A DNA stretch of 42,539 nucleotides. Source: a virus. The stretch covers positions 156,596 through 199,134 of the IMG/VR virus record IMGVR_UViG_3300035210_000132; one strand, 5' to 3'. The notes beneath the pieces were generated by a model that saw only the letters and a program-made list of their open reading frames with translations, was not told where the DNA came from and ran no database searches. A program made the translations under genes and the position numbers. Below are positions 1 to 9,965 of this stretch, piece by piece; the first letter of the stretch is position 1, and every line of letters starts with the position of its first letter.

Positions 1-1089
1 AGGAGTGGCCTCTGGTGAAGGAGGTTTACCTCCTGGTGGGGCTTGTGTTGGAGCTGCTTGTCCGGGACCTGCTGCGCCCTGGGGACCAGCTTTGGGGGTC
101 AGGACTTTCGGGCCCGTGCTCTGGCCGTCGATGGTTGGAGTGGCGCCATCGACACCTAGCTCCTGAGCTTGCTCTTGTTCAAGCTCCTGTCCCATCGCTT
201 TGATGCCTTGGTCGATCTTCTTACCGTCGACCTTCTGCAGCTCCTTGACGAACTTCACCATCTGCTTGGGGTCAGAGATATCCATCTGAATCCCCTGCTC
301 GAAGCGAGAAAGCTGCTCGGCATAGCGAGAGACTGTCTCTGGGTCCAGACTAGGTCCGACCTGCTGGATCCGTTCTTCTGGAGAAGGCGGAGCCGGGGGC
401 GGTTCAGGCATGCCTGTAGGAGGCAGGCCGCCATTCTCCTGGGCTCCTTGACCGTAAGCCCCTTGCTGAGACTGAATCAAGCTCTCTAGATTGCCTTCTT
501 CCGAAGGCGGGAGTTGCTCTGGTGCCATGGGAGAAGGCTTGAACCCAGGAGGCTGTTGGACCTGAGCTCCAGGCTGAGGGGGTTGCTGCATCCCGAGGGC
601 CTGTTGCATGGCCTGCTGTTGAGCAGGATCTTGCATCTGACCGGTCATCTCGGGGCCTTGTCCGGGAGCCTTGATCTGAGGAGGTTGCCCTTGGCCCTGT
701 CCAGGAGGCTTGGGACCTCCGGCGCCAGGTTGGGGGGCGCCCATGGCCATAACCGCCAGCTTGTGTAGACCCTTCAAGTACGGGGACCAGCCCCGGTCCT
801 TGAGAGCGTAGACGATGAGCTCATCTGGACTCACCCCACCCTGAGAAGCCGACTTCTCCATGGACCGAAGGGGGATGCCTGCGGCGGCCGAGAACAGGAT
901 GCGGTGAGCCCTATCCAGCGAGGCATGCTTGCTGAGGTAGGTGCCCAAGTAAGTCTGAAAACGTGCCTCTACCAAAGCCGCCTGAGGGTCAACACCAAGA
1001 GCCTGGGCAGCTTTGTAGAGGGTGGTTTCTGCTACAGGGAGACCCTCATCCCAGCGTCGAAAGACGGCCCCGGCCAGTTCTTTATCCAT
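1..1089 (-). CDS. Partial CDS: start at 1089, C-terminus beyond the window edge. N-terminal globular region MDKELAGAVFRRWDEGLPVAETTLYKAAQALGVDPQAALVEARF..., then a long Q/P/G-rich low-complexity tract. Hypothetical structural or tail-associated protein.
   Basis: I hand-translated the minus frame from the ATG at 1089-1087 and it stays open to the window edge. A stopless run-off ORF would not appear in the ORF track. It sits directly downstream of the 239-aa gene in the same orientation. The plus-strand ORFs over this span are short and R/L-rich, as expected for antisense artefacts. Confidence 0.55.
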   Translation of the reverse strand, partial: MDKELAGAVFRRWDEGLPVAETTLYKAAQALGVDPQAALVEARFQTYLGTYLSKHASLDRAHRILFSAAAGIPLRSMEKSASQGGVSPDELIVYALKDRGWSPYLKGLHKLAVMAMGAPQPGAGGPKPPGQGQGQPPQIKAPGQGPEMTGQMQDPAQQQAMQQALGMQQPPQPGAQVQQPPGFKPSPMAPEQLPPSEEGNLESLIQSQQGAYGQGAQENGGLPPTGMPEPPPAPPSPEERIQQVGPSLDPETVSRYAEQLSRFEQGIQMDISDPKQMVKFVKELQKVDGKKIDQGIKAMGQELEQEQAQELGVDGATPTIDGQSTGPKVLTPKAGPQGAAGPGQAAPTQAPPGGKPPSPEATP

Positions 1090-1110
1090 GAGAAACTCCC
1101 TGAGTTAAGA

Positions 1111-1830
1111 TCAGAAACCTGTCGCCGGATTAAAGGACTGATCCTTCAGAACAAGGCCCTTGACGGCTACCGGGACAGCTCTCTCGAACTGCACGGCACA
1201 GGATTCCTGAATCACCGTAGCACCTGAGTCAGTAGCGATCTGATGCGACGGAATGTAGCACGACTCCATGTAAATCGCACTGACCGTGGCTTCGTTCGAA
1301 TCCCGGAAGTACATGAGTAGGCCGATGGGCTGTGAGAAGAGGTCCGAGGCCAGGTTCAAGAAGATATTCTCGTACCCTGGTGGAATCTTCACATCGTGCT
1401 GGTTTGGGGCGTTGGTCAGCGAGCTCTTGAACACCGATTTGACGGTGACGCTTCCTTCCGTGTCAGCATAGTACGCGTACAGCATGCGCAAGAGGCTGGG
1501 CCCATGGTACATGACCCGGCTCAGCTGTAGCTGTCCCGTCGTGCGTCCTCCGATGAAGTAGGACCGCTCGGATCCAAGCTCCCAGAAACGGGAGAAGTTG
1601 CGGTTGTGTGAGAGGCCGACGTTCTGCACCACCCCGATGGGCATGGCCCAGTCTTTGGGGGCCGAGTCATCACCGCCCGTTGCAGCAGCAGCGGCAGCAA
1701 GACCGCCAATGTTGGTAAGACGTGGGGGGCCAGCCGCCAGGAGAAGAAACGCCCCCGACATGAACTGGCCATCGACCAGATTGGCATTGATGGGCCGCTC
1801 GTAAGGCTGCCATTCGGTTAGGGTCGCCAT
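1111..1830 (-). CDS. Hypothetical protein (239 aa), probably structural (tail or baseplate region).
   Basis: Complete ORF in the minus-strand operon, 13 nt downstream of the preceding gene. No recognisable motif. Confidence 0.5.
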   Translation of the reverse strand: MATLTEWQPYERPINANLVDGQFMSGAFLLLAAGPPRLTNIGGLAAAAAATGGDDSAPKDWAMPIGVVQNVGLSHNRNFSRFWELGSERSYFIGGRTTGQLQLSRVMYHGPSLLRMLYAYYADTEGSVTVKSVFKSSLTNAPNQHDVKIPPGYENIFLNLASDLFSQPIGLLMYFRDSNEATVSAIYMESCYIPSHQIATDSGATVIQESCAVQFERAVPVAVKGLVLKDQSFNPATGF

Positions 1831-1843
1831 ATCGGGCTCCTAC

Positions 1844-2422
1844 TTACGCCACCGGGCTGGCCAGGGCGACGTGGGCGTTGTACGCCGTCTGGATGTCGTT
1901 GATGTCAGTGTTGCACTTCGCCTGCGTGTTGGGCGAGGCGTTGGTGAGAGTAAAGCCAGTGCCACTGGTGCCTGTATCACTCGCGAAGTGCACCCCGGTT
2001 GCGTTACCGTGAGCCACGATGAAGGCAGCAGCGAGATCGCACCAAGCTTCGAGCGTAGTGAGATCGGTAGGGGCTCCCGCCTTGAGTGCGGTCACCGTGG
2101 CCCCCGTGTGGGCGATCTTGTGGGGAGCATCATGGGAAGCCGTGGCGCTGCCATCTGCTGCGTGAGTCAGAAGGGCCACATGCAGAGCCGTGGCGCGCAC
2201 AAGAGCATCGGATAGAACCGTTCCAGCGGTCAGAGCCGCACCGGTGACCGTCGGGTCGGCTTGTTGATGCACCGTCGGCTTGGAGATGGCCACGGCGTGC
2301 TTGGCAGCCAGAGTAGCTTGAGGATTCTCGCCATCCAAAATCTGGACGAGGAGTTCAACTACGTGATCTCCCCGTTCAGCAAGAGAGCGAAGTTGAGCGA
2401 GGGCATCTGTGCTTAGAGTCAC
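1844..2422 (-). CDS. Hypothetical protein (192 aa, Ala/Thr/His-rich). Possible tail tube-like protein, on position only.
   Basis: GTG start preceded by AGGAG 8 nt upstream. Immediately downstream of the putative sheath gene, which is the usual sheath-tube order. No sequence motif supports tube identity. Confidence 0.4.
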   Translation of the reverse strand: MTLSTDALAQLRSLAERGDHVVELLVQILDGENPQATLAAKHAVAISKPTVHQQADPTVTGAALTAGTVLSDALVRATALHVALLTHAADGSATASHDAPHKIAHTGATVTALKAGAPTDLTTLEAWCDLAAAFIVAHGNATGVHFASDTGTSGTGFTLTNASPNTQAKCNTDINDIQTAYNAHVALASPVA

Positions 2423-2462
2423 GGTTCCTTCTCCTAAATCTGAGAGCTAAAAGATGGTCTCA

Positions 2463-5400
2463 CTAGATAGAGATCGTAAGCCTAATGTAGTTGCAAGGGA
2501 AAGGAACATTCAGGGTAACGTCCACCAACACTGTGTCAGGAGCCGTCGAATCCTGAGCCAGGTTGTTGAGATCCCCACCTAGGATGACTCCCGCTTCAGC
2601 CAAGAAGCCCAACATGCCTTGGATAACCGACGAGAGGGTATCCAAGAACGGCGTGGTGATGTTGAAGGTACCGATGAACTTGCGCAGACCCACTCTCAGA
2701 AACTTGGCGCAGTAGTCGATGACCTTGGTGATGGAGTACTCACGGGTCTCGATCTGCGTGAGGTCCGTAGTCAGCTGGTGCCTAGAGATCAGAGGCGCTC
2801 CCGGAGCTTCTTGCACCAAGATGTAGGCGCCCCCAGCAGCCATGACGTTTAGCTGCTTGGGCGAGTAAGTGTCATTCGAGCCCACCACTCCCGTGAAACC
2901 TGTCATCGGCAGATTGGTGAAACCCTGCTGCGGAGGGTACTTCGCCGTCATGCCCGCGATGGCAGCGCAAGCGTAGAAGCCAGGAAGAAGCTCCTCAGTA
3001 CCACTGATCGACGCCTTGACCATGTCGGGGAAGACGTAGAGCATGCGACGCTGCTTGAAGGTTGAAGCCCTGGTCTGGACCGTGTCGGCCGTCAGGTCCT
3101 TATCGGGAAGAGTAGACCCAGGGATCAGCAGCTCATCTCCGCGCACCTTGAGAGACCAGTCAGCGTTGATGACACTAACGTTGAGGGGCGTGAGGCTGTA
3201 GAAGCTGTCGGCGTTCTGCCCGATAGTGAACGTCTGCGTGACGGTGACGAGCGTACCGTTTACCGCAGTCACGAGGTACCGACGTAGCTCACTTTCTACG
3301 GTTGTCTCTAGAAAGACCTGATCACGGTAGCTCAGTTCCAGGGGCTCGAGACCACGAGAGACCAAGCCAGCGTTAGGATTGGCATCGAGCACGAACTCGT
3401 TCTCGGTTGCCGTCGAGTTGCCGCTGAGACCACTGGACACCACGTCATCGACCGCCCGAAGAGGTACGGAAGGGCAAGTGATGACGATGCGCTCTCCCTT
3501 TTGCTCGGGGGCCGACATGGTCTCGACGTGCGTCTTGAAGATCTGATGCACGGTCTCGTCATCGGTGAGGGGCGCGATGGCGTAGACCTCTTCGGCCTCG
3601 ATCAGGTTGGCAGCCCTGGCGAAAGCTGCCGAGGTACCGTAGGGAGACCCAGCAGAGATCTCATCGACACCCAGACCGGCGCACTGCAGGGTCGGGGCGT
3701 TGATGAGCTGGAAGTACATGCCTAGGCCCAGGGGATTGTCCGAGCGCAGCGGGGAAAGGACGGTCTGCAGAGTCGCCAGATCCGAGATGCGCAGCATCCC
3801 AGGGTTCTTGGCCACTGGAGAGACATCCTTCCGCAGGCCCCGATATTGGATGTAGATGTCCGAGACCCCAGGGCTGAAGGGGCTACCCGTCAGCTGCGAG
3901 CGCAGGATCTCACCATTCAGGACTACGTTGCCCGAAACATCGAGGTAGAAGTCCGGGTTGGGGCGGCCCGACCCAAAAGACGAGCTACCCTGGACACTGA
4001 AGCCGAGAGCCGCGTTGGCCTTGACACTGCCTGCGTCTGTCACAACTTCGATCTTGGAGGCGTACCCCTTGATGGTAGAAGTCAAAACAAGGCTGGTACC
4101 TGCGCCGTTTACCGAAGCGACAGGCCAGCTCACCGCTTCGTTGATCGCTGCGACTGCATCAGGAAGAGAGTCGCTGGAGAAGAGGACTGAGTAAACTTTG
4201 GACCTATCATTCAGCTTGAACTTCAGGGTCAAGCCGTTGAGGTTCTCTTCTCCGAGATCGTAGGCCCCTCCCGTAAACAGAAGGGTGGTGGCTGCGGCTA
4301 CGCCGATCCCCGTAGAGCTCGATCCGATCCGCAGACCCACTAGGCTACCCTTGCCTACCGAAGTAAGCTTGAGCTTGTTCCCGACGTTCGAGATAGCAAA
4401 GTCGGTGGGCAGCGTGGTGCCATCCCAAGATGACGCTGTATTCAGAGCGGTCACCAAGTCGGTAATGGTCGCGATCGGGGTGCTGTCTGGGAAGGTGAAG
4501 GTCTTGCTCCCTGCGGTCCAGGTCAGCCCCCCATCCGAAGACCGTTCAACGACTAAGGTTCCTGTAGGAGTGAAGGGGAAGTTCTGCGTGCCTCCCAAGA
4601 GCGTAGCCGTGATGTCAACGAACTCCGAGTCCTTCCCCAGGCCCGTGTAGTTCGTACCCGCCACGAACCCAAGAGCGGTGAGAGCTGTCGAAGAACCCTG
4701 GAGCAAGAGTTGCTGATGTGCTCCAGTGATGTTGGTAGACAGGGCGAGCTTGGTACCCCCCTGATCGGTGTGAGCAAAGAACCCTGTGTGGGTCATGCCG
4801 TTTAGAGCGGTGACCACGTCGGCTACATTGGCAAACGAAGGACCACTGAACGTCATGACCTGGGTGTCGACCTCGACCCCGTTGACCACAAGATCGACCC
4901 TCAAGGTGAGCCCCGTGAGGGACACAGGATAAGTACCTGCTCCAGGAGCTTCTACTGTTCCCGTCGTGGCATCGCTTCCGATGGTTGTCCCTGCCAGTAC
5001 GGCAGCCGTAGGAACGGTCGAGGTCTTGAGGTTTTTGGCCATGAACCAACCGTAGCGAGGGGAGAAAGGTACCCCGGCGTAGACGGTGCTGACCTTGGAC
5101 TCGTCGTAGACCGCCGAGACCAGCTTGCCATTGGTATCGTAGACCGAGAGCTTGGCGTTGATGGTACCAAGCTTGAAGCGAGTAGCCTCTACCTTCATGA
5201 CCACAGCGCCGTTGGGCTTGACCCCGTTGGCGTAGAACTCGTCTCCCACCTTCACATCGATGGAGCCGTTACCTGTGAAGGTAAGACCGCTAGCCTGAAA
5301 AGTTCCGAAGCTACCCGTGGCATCGACGAAACCGAAAGCAGCACTCCCGTTGACGTAGGTCTCCAGAGCGTTCTGGACCACTCCGTCTTTCAGGTAGGCA

Positions 5401-6167
5401 CCCTTGGACCACTCGACCCATGGAGAGAGAGTCGTGTTGTTGTTCTGATCCTGGGCCCGGAAGCCCGAACCCTCGACCCGATACTCGACGTCCTTGCTGG
5501 CAAAGCCAAGGAGCAGATTGGCAGAACCTCCTGCCCGTACGGTGATCGAAGCCGAGACGCCCCAGAGCAGGGAAGCGATCTGCACCCTGGAGTTACTGCC
5601 TTCGATGACTATCGAGGCAACGTCCTCGCCTACGGCATTGTTGATCTGAGCAGCGATCTGCTCGTCCGTAAGCGTTCCTCCTCCGATCGATGCGAAGGTG
5701 ACCGCCACGTCCTGAGTGACGTTCAAGCGAGCAGCGATGTCGACCCCGAGAACTAGAGTCAGTCCATCTAGGGCCAAGCCTCCGGAGGTAGAGAAAGCCT
5801 TGGTGCGTACCGCAGGGCGGGTAGCTTTGTTGACCGAGGCCAGGAAAGACTCTCCAGGAGAGTGCTCGAGCTCCCGTAGAGCTCCACCGAACTGGAAGAA
5901 GGTCTTGATGGTGTCTTCTTCGACATCCACCTCAGCGATGTTCTTGCGTGGGGAGGGGAACGACGTCTGCGAGATCACTCTCGGCAGTTGCTCGTACGAC
6001 CCCTGCTTGGCAGAAGGGTTCAGGAGGCCATCCGCAGTGGTGACCTCAACGATCTCTTTGGCAGCTCCCACCACCAAAGGAACCAAAGTAGGACGGATGA
6101 TAGTCGGAGCCACCGACCGAATCTGTTGAATAACTTCGACGCCTGGTCTAGCAAGTTCGGCAGCCAT
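2463..6167 (-). CDS. Putative contractile tail sheath protein (1234 aa) with a very large Thr/Ser/Gly-rich middle region.
   Basis: The C-terminal ~200 aa (...QLNVMAAGGAYILVQEAPGAPLISRHQLTT...REYSITKVIDYCAKFLRVGL...FIGTFNITTPFLDTLSSVIQGMLGFLAEAGVILGG...DTVLVDVTLNVPFPCNYIRLTISI) fits my recollection of the conserved sheath C-terminal domain: V/I-N-V-x-R...GxGxxVWGARTL, YxNVRRL, and a terminal PAEFVIIxI-like strand. ATG at 6167 with GAGGAG RBS. The middle is T/S/G-rich with beta-strand-like repeats, consistent with inserted Ig-like domains. Confidence 0.45.
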   Translation of the reverse strand: MAAELARPGVEVIQQIRSVAPTIIRPTLVPLVVGAAKEIVEVTTADGLLNPSAKQGSYEQLPRVISQTSFPSPRKNIAEVDVEEDTIKTFFQFGGALRELEHSPGESFLASVNKATRPAVRTKAFSTSGGLALDGLTLVLGVDIAARLNVTQDVAVTFASIGGGTLTDEQIAAQINNAVGEDVASIVIEGSNSRVQIASLLWGVSASITVRAGGSANLLLGFASKDVEYRVEGSGFRAQDQNNNTTLSPWVEWSKGAYLKDGVVQNALETYVNGSAAFGFVDATGSFGTFQASGLTFTGNGSIDVKVGDEFYANGVKPNGAVVMKVEATRFKLGTINAKLSVYDTNGKLVSAVYDESKVSTVYAGVPFSPRYGWFMAKNLKTSTVPTAAVLAGTTIGSDATTGTVEAPGAGTYPVSLTGLTLRVDLVVNGVEVDTQVMTFSGPSFANVADVVTALNGMTHTGFFAHTDQGGTKLALSTNITGAHQQLLLQGSSTALTALGFVAGTNYTGLGKDSEFVDITATLLGGTQNFPFTPTGTLVVERSSDGGLTWTAGSKTFTFPDSTPIATITDLVTALNTASSWDGTTLPTDFAISNVGNKLKLTSVGKGSLVGLRIGSSSTGIGVAAATTLLFTGGAYDLGEENLNGLTLKFKLNDRSKVYSVLFSSDSLPDAVAAINEAVSWPVASVNGAGTSLVLTSTIKGYASKIEVVTDAGSVKANAALGFSVQGSSSFGSGRPNPDFYLDVSGNVVLNGEILRSQLTGSPFSPGVSDIYIQYRGLRKDVSPVAKNPGMLRISDLATLQTVLSPLRSDNPLGLGMYFQLINAPTLQCAGLGVDEISAGSPYGTSAAFARAANLIEAEEVYAIAPLTDDETVHQIFKTHVETMSAPEQKGERIVITCPSVPLRAVDDVVSSGLSGNSTATENEFVLDANPNAGLVSRGLEPLELSYRDQVFLETTVESELRRYLVTAVNGTLVTVTQTFTIGQNADSFYSLTPLNVSVINADWSLKVRGDELLIPGSTLPDKDLTADTVQTRASTFKQRRMLYVFPDMVKASISGTEELLPGFYACAAIAGMTAKYPPQQGFTNLPMTGFTGVVGSNDTYSPKQLNVMAAGGAYILVQEAPGAPLISRHQLTTDLTQIETREYSITKVIDYCAKFLRVGLRKFIGTFNITTPFLDTLSSVIQGMLGFLAEAGVILGGDLNNLAQDSTAPDTVLVDVTLNVPFPCNYIRLTISI

Positions 6168-6177
6168 GGCTTCTCCT

Positions 6178-6951
6178 CTACGTCTTCACTTTCTGAGTAA
6201 TCACTCCGACCCTCAAATTCCTAGCTTCTTGAGTGTCTATAATTCGACCACGAATGGTGGGAGGACTGACCTGAGCTCCGTATGTCCTCATTCCACCTGG
6301 GTGGGCTTGTCCTAGCGGCAAAAGAGCAGACTTGAGGGTAGCCTCAACACTGCTGAACAGGGAAGCATTGCTTGGTTCGTCTATCTCGGTCCACTGAAAG
6401 AAAAAGGGAGAGTAGACCGATACCATTACCCAAGAAGGGTCAGCTTCTCCGCCTACCATCGACCCAGGAGCAGACTCTGGCCCTATCGAGATCTCATCCC
6501 CTACTTTGTGCATGCCTCCGACGCGCTGAAGCATGGTCTTGAAAGTACGAAGATGGCGCATGACTATCCAGGCTATCCTCTGGGCCTCGACGCCATTCTT
6601 GGCGATAGCGTTGATCGTCATGGTGCAGGAGACTAGGTCGGTCCTCTCCTTGGCTCCCGTACGGAGGTTGATGCTCCGCATCTGGTCAAGGCTCAGATTG
6701 GCAAACTGACCAGGACCACGCATGGTCACCAGAGCAGGACGTTTCTCGATGGTCTCTCTGGGTATGGGTACTTGGTCAGTGATCGCGATCTCCGTAAGAC
6801 CTTCATCCGCACTCCACCGGTAACTTCCTTCCGGTAAAGCGTTGAAGAGGCCTTGGAGAAACAGCAGGTAGACTCTAGTGAAGTAGTAAAAAGGCTCTTC
6901 GCCTCTTCCCTGAGGTTCTACCTGACCACTGAAGACGCGCTCGTTAGGCAT
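6178..6951 (-). CDS. Hypothetical protein (257 aa).
   Basis: Complete ORF in the operon. No recognisable motif. Confidence 0.5.
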   Translation of the reverse strand: MPNERVFSGQVEPQGRGEEPFYYFTRVYLLFLQGLFNALPEGSYRWSADEGLTEIAITDQVPIPRETIEKRPALVTMRGPGQFANLSLDQMRSINLRTGAKERTDLVSCTMTINAIAKNGVEAQRIAWIVMRHLRTFKTMLQRVGGMHKVGDEISIGPESAPGSMVGGEADPSWVMVSVYSPFFFQWTEIDEPSNASLFSSVEATLKSALLPLGQAHPGGMRTYGAQVSPPTIRGRIIDTQEARNLRVGVITQKVKT

Positions 6952-7004
6952 CTATATTCTTCTTACTGATGCCCACACGAGTGTGGGAAGCGTTTAAGGG
7001 GGAG

Positions 7005-7892
7005 TTAGCGGACAGTGCCTCTAGGCGCAAAGCCGTAGGCAGCCATAATGTCGGTGTAGTCCTTTTCTCCGTCGACATGCTGCCGTAAGGTGAAGTTACG
7101 CTCGGAGCTGATCTCCAATTCTCTAAGGTCTGCAACATTCACCGGAAGCTTATATTCGACGTCACCCTTTGTGATCTTGGAGAGCAAGAGCTCTTGGTGC
7201 ACGACGGAGCGCAGCCTCTCCGTGGTCGTCACTTTCTCGACTCGCCACCGCTTATTTTCAGCTTCTATGAGAATATCTTTGGGCTTTACTTGTGGGAACG
7301 AAATAAGCCGGGCACTGGTCTGGTTGGGCTGGAGCTCTCCGTAAGGCGTAGCTTGAGAGGCATTGCCACTGGCATCAATTTGGACAAAACACTGTATCGG
7401 TGACAGATACCCCCCGAGAAAACCCGCATCGTAACAGTTGAGGCAGTTGCTCTTGGTCCTGCGCCCTGACACCCGATCCACGCACACGCAGTAAGCCCCG
7501 AAGCTCCTGACAGGGAACAGCCAGCACTTCCTGCCCACAAACTCCCGGAAGAGTACATCCTCGAGGCGGTTGATCTCCATGGCGATAAGGTCTGACTCCC
7601 CCTCTTGCGCCGTAGGCCCGAACGAGGCTTCTTCGTGTGTAACCTTGTCGACTACTTTGAGTAAGTAGTAGAGGTTTCTCCACTCGTGCTTGGAGGGAGC
7701 TGTGGTGTCACGGAAGTAGTATTGATCCTGGAACGGTCCTGCGATAACCGTCCACGGGCCGAAGGCCGACTCTGACCGGTACAGGTAGAAGTCGTACTGT
7801 CGGATGTTGCCGTCGAAGTTCGAGAGCTCCCAGAACAGATCAAGATGATCAAGATCCAGGGAACGGCAGTAGAAGCTGGTGACGTGCAGCAT
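7005..7892 (-). CDS. Hypothetical protein (295 aa) with a Cys cluster (CWLFPVRSFGAYCVCVDRVSGRRTKSNCLNCYDAGF), a possible zinc ribbon.
   Basis: Complete ORF abutting the upstream gene (stop of 7893..9965 at 7893, start at 7892). The Cys spacing C-x11-CxC-x12-CxxC was read directly. Confidence 0.5.
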   Translation of the reverse strand: MLHVTSFYCRSLDLDHLDLFWELSNFDGNIRQYDFYLYRSESAFGPWTVIAGPFQDQYYFRDTTAPSKHEWRNLYYLLKVVDKVTHEEASFGPTAQEGESDLIAMEINRLEDVLFREFVGRKCWLFPVRSFGAYCVCVDRVSGRRTKSNCLNCYDAGFLGGYLSPIQCFVQIDASGNASQATPYGELQPNQTSARLISFPQVKPKDILIEAENKRWRVEKVTTTERLRSVVHQELLLSKITKGDVEYKLPVNVADLRELEISSERNFTLRQHVDGEKDYTDIMAAYGFAPRGTVR

Positions 7893-9965
7893 TTATCTTA
7901 CTACGTAACCCTGCTTAGCCATCAACTGCAGCCAGGACCTGCTACTCGCAAGCTTCGCGAGCGCTCCTATAGGCAGTTTGGCTGCTCTTCCTGCAGCAGC
8001 AGCTCGCATGGGACGAAGGGTCGCAGCTTGTTGCATGGGTGTCATGGTCCTAGCTGGTAGCTGCTGCATGGGAGCGACTGGCCTTGGTGTCGGCTTAGGT
8101 GCAGAGGCTACAGCGGGGACTTGCATGGGTGACGTTCTGGCTGCTGCCGATACAGGAGCTCTCTCAGGAATTGGTGCTGATCTAGTTCTCATGGCTTCGG
8201 GAGGTGGAGGTGGTGGAATAGACGCACCGTTGAGCATGGGGGCTCGAACAACCCTGGGATCTACACTCTGAAGATGCGCGGGGCTCTGCATCATCCGGTT
8301 GTGCAGGGCCATTGGGATCTGGGGCTCTTGCGCGTAGCCTCTGGCCGTAGGCAGCTGCTGAAAAACTTGGCTAGCTCCTCGATACTGGGTGAGACCCCCA
8401 CCGGGGATCTCCAAGCCCATCTTCTCGAAGGCCATTTCCATGGCTAGCTTCTTGAGAGGACTGGCAGAGTAATACTCGGCTATCTTTATGGCACTGATTG
8501 TGGCGGGAAGCAGAGCGTGTCCTGCTCTGCGGACCGTCGGGCCGATAGCTTGCCCTGCCCTGCTCACCGTGGACTTGATAGCCTGTCCACCTCGAGCAAA
8601 GAAGCCTTGGGTCGAGGGCTTCTTGACGACAGAAGACCAATCAGCCCCATGAAGATCTCCAGGAGCTTTTACAACAGCCGCTGTCGGTGATGGTGTAGGT
8701 GCTGGGGCAGAAGCCGGGGCAGCAGCAGGAGGAGATGCTTGTGGTGCCGGCTTCACGGGGCCGGTACCTACGGCTTGGTTATTCTGACGCTCCCCCATCA
8801 TTCTTGCGAAGTTGGTTGGGGCTGAGGTCGGTCCTGCTGGAGAGGGGGCACCAGGAGCAGGTCTAGCTGCCTGCTGCTGAAGATGCCGTTTCTGTAGAGC
8901 AGCTGTTACTGGACCTGTTTGCTTAGCTGCTGTTGGCGCTGCTGCTGTTGGAGCAGCCTGGGCCGGGGCTTGTGCCACTACCGGAGCAGAAGCTGCTGTG
9001 GTTGCAGCTTGCGCCGCAGGCAAATTCACTTCTCTACGAAGAGCTGCCGGAGGAGCCGTCAGCCCGCTAGAAGAAGGAGGAGGTGCCGACCTCACTAAAG
9101 ATGGATCGGCAACTTCAGGGGCATGTATACCACTAGTTGCTGGTTGCGCTTGGGCCGCACGAAGAGCATCCCTTTGGGCTCTCTGTCCTTCAGAAAGCAT
9201 GTGATCAGGTAGTGGGTTATCTGCAGTTACCTGACCAAATCCTGCTGGAGTCTGGGTAGCTGCTGTGTTCGCCATGATCTCGTGGTGCTTGGCTGTCTGC
9301 GCTGCCTGTTCTCTTTGTGCTTTGAGATATTGGTTACGGCCAGCCACCTCTTCATCAGACATCATGGCGTACTGACGCGTAGGAGAGTCAGGGCTCATGC
9401 CGGAGATGCGCGACCGGATGCCTTCTTCCCCACCGGCCAGCTGACTAGCGCCGTAACCAACAGCACCTCCGATGAGCCCTCCCTCTACGTAATTCGATTC
9501 ACCGTTTTGGTCTTTTGGGGCAAGCGCCAAACCGCCAGCAACACCAAGGGCTGCCGGCCCCATCACTGGGTTCTTGTACAGAGCCCGTGCCCCTTGCTGG
9601 AGGATCGAAGGGGGGGTTATGGTAGCGGCCTTGGCAAACCCGGCCAAGTTCTTCTTGGTGGCTCCGAGGATGGCACTACCCGTTCCTAGAGCTCCAAGAC
9701 CTCTAGCGAAGGGGCTGTTCAAAGCTGACACTGCGCGAGAGCCTAGGCTCTTGGAGGCTTCTCCAACAGCACTGACCGCGGCCCCGCCTTCGGTACCTAG
9801 GTTGGCAAGTTTCTCCTGAAACTCGTCGACTTCTCCAGGACGATCAGAGACACCGAGCTCGAACGCCAGCTCGAGCAACTCACCATTAGGCAATTCTGCT
9901 AGCGACTGCTCCAAACCAGATTCATCAGAAGGAGGGAGCTCCGCTAGTTTGGTCAGCCAGTTCAT
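7893..9965 (-). CDS. Large low-complexity Ala/Pro/Gln-rich protein (690 aa) with Gly-zipper segments. Candidate internal virion or ejection protein, or tape-measure-like protein.
   Basis: Long ORF overlapping the upstream gene by 4 nt. Composition was read directly: runs of AAPTAAAP and PAPQASPPAAAPASAP, plus GGLIGGAVGYGASQLAGG. Protein-like N- and C-terminal ends. Confidence 0.55.
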   Translation of the reverse strand: MNWLTKLAELPPSDESGLEQSLAELPNGELLELAFELGVSDRPGEVDEFQEKLANLGTEGGAAVSAVGEASKSLGSRAVSALNSPFARGLGALGTGSAILGATKKNLAGFAKAATITPPSILQQGARALYKNPVMGPAALGVAGGLALAPKDQNGESNYVEGGLIGGAVGYGASQLAGGEEGIRSRISGMSPDSPTRQYAMMSDEEVAGRNQYLKAQREQAAQTAKHHEIMANTAATQTPAGFGQVTADNPLPDHMLSEGQRAQRDALRAAQAQPATSGIHAPEVADPSLVRSAPPPSSSGLTAPPAALRREVNLPAAQAATTAASAPVVAQAPAQAAPTAAAPTAAKQTGPVTAALQKRHLQQQAARPAPGAPSPAGPTSAPTNFARMMGERQNNQAVGTGPVKPAPQASPPAAAPASAPAPTPSPTAAVVKAPGDLHGADWSSVVKKPSTQGFFARGGQAIKSTVSRAGQAIGPTVRRAGHALLPATISAIKIAEYYSASPLKKLAMEMAFEKMGLEIPGGGLTQYRGASQVFQQLPTARGYAQEPQIPMALHNRMMQSPAHLQSVDPRVVRAPMLNGASIPPPPPPEAMRTRSAPIPERAPVSAAARTSPMQVPAVASAPKPTPRPVAPMQQLPARTMTPMQQAATLRPMRAAAAGRAAKLPIGALAKLASSRSWLQLMAKQGYVVR

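Noticed and set aside
6952-7004. Hairpin CCCACA-cgag-TGTGGG between the 295-aa and 257-aa genes as a terminator
   Set aside because: Short stem with no U tract on either strand. The downstream gene has its own RBS only a few nt away. More likely an incidental or RNA-stability element.
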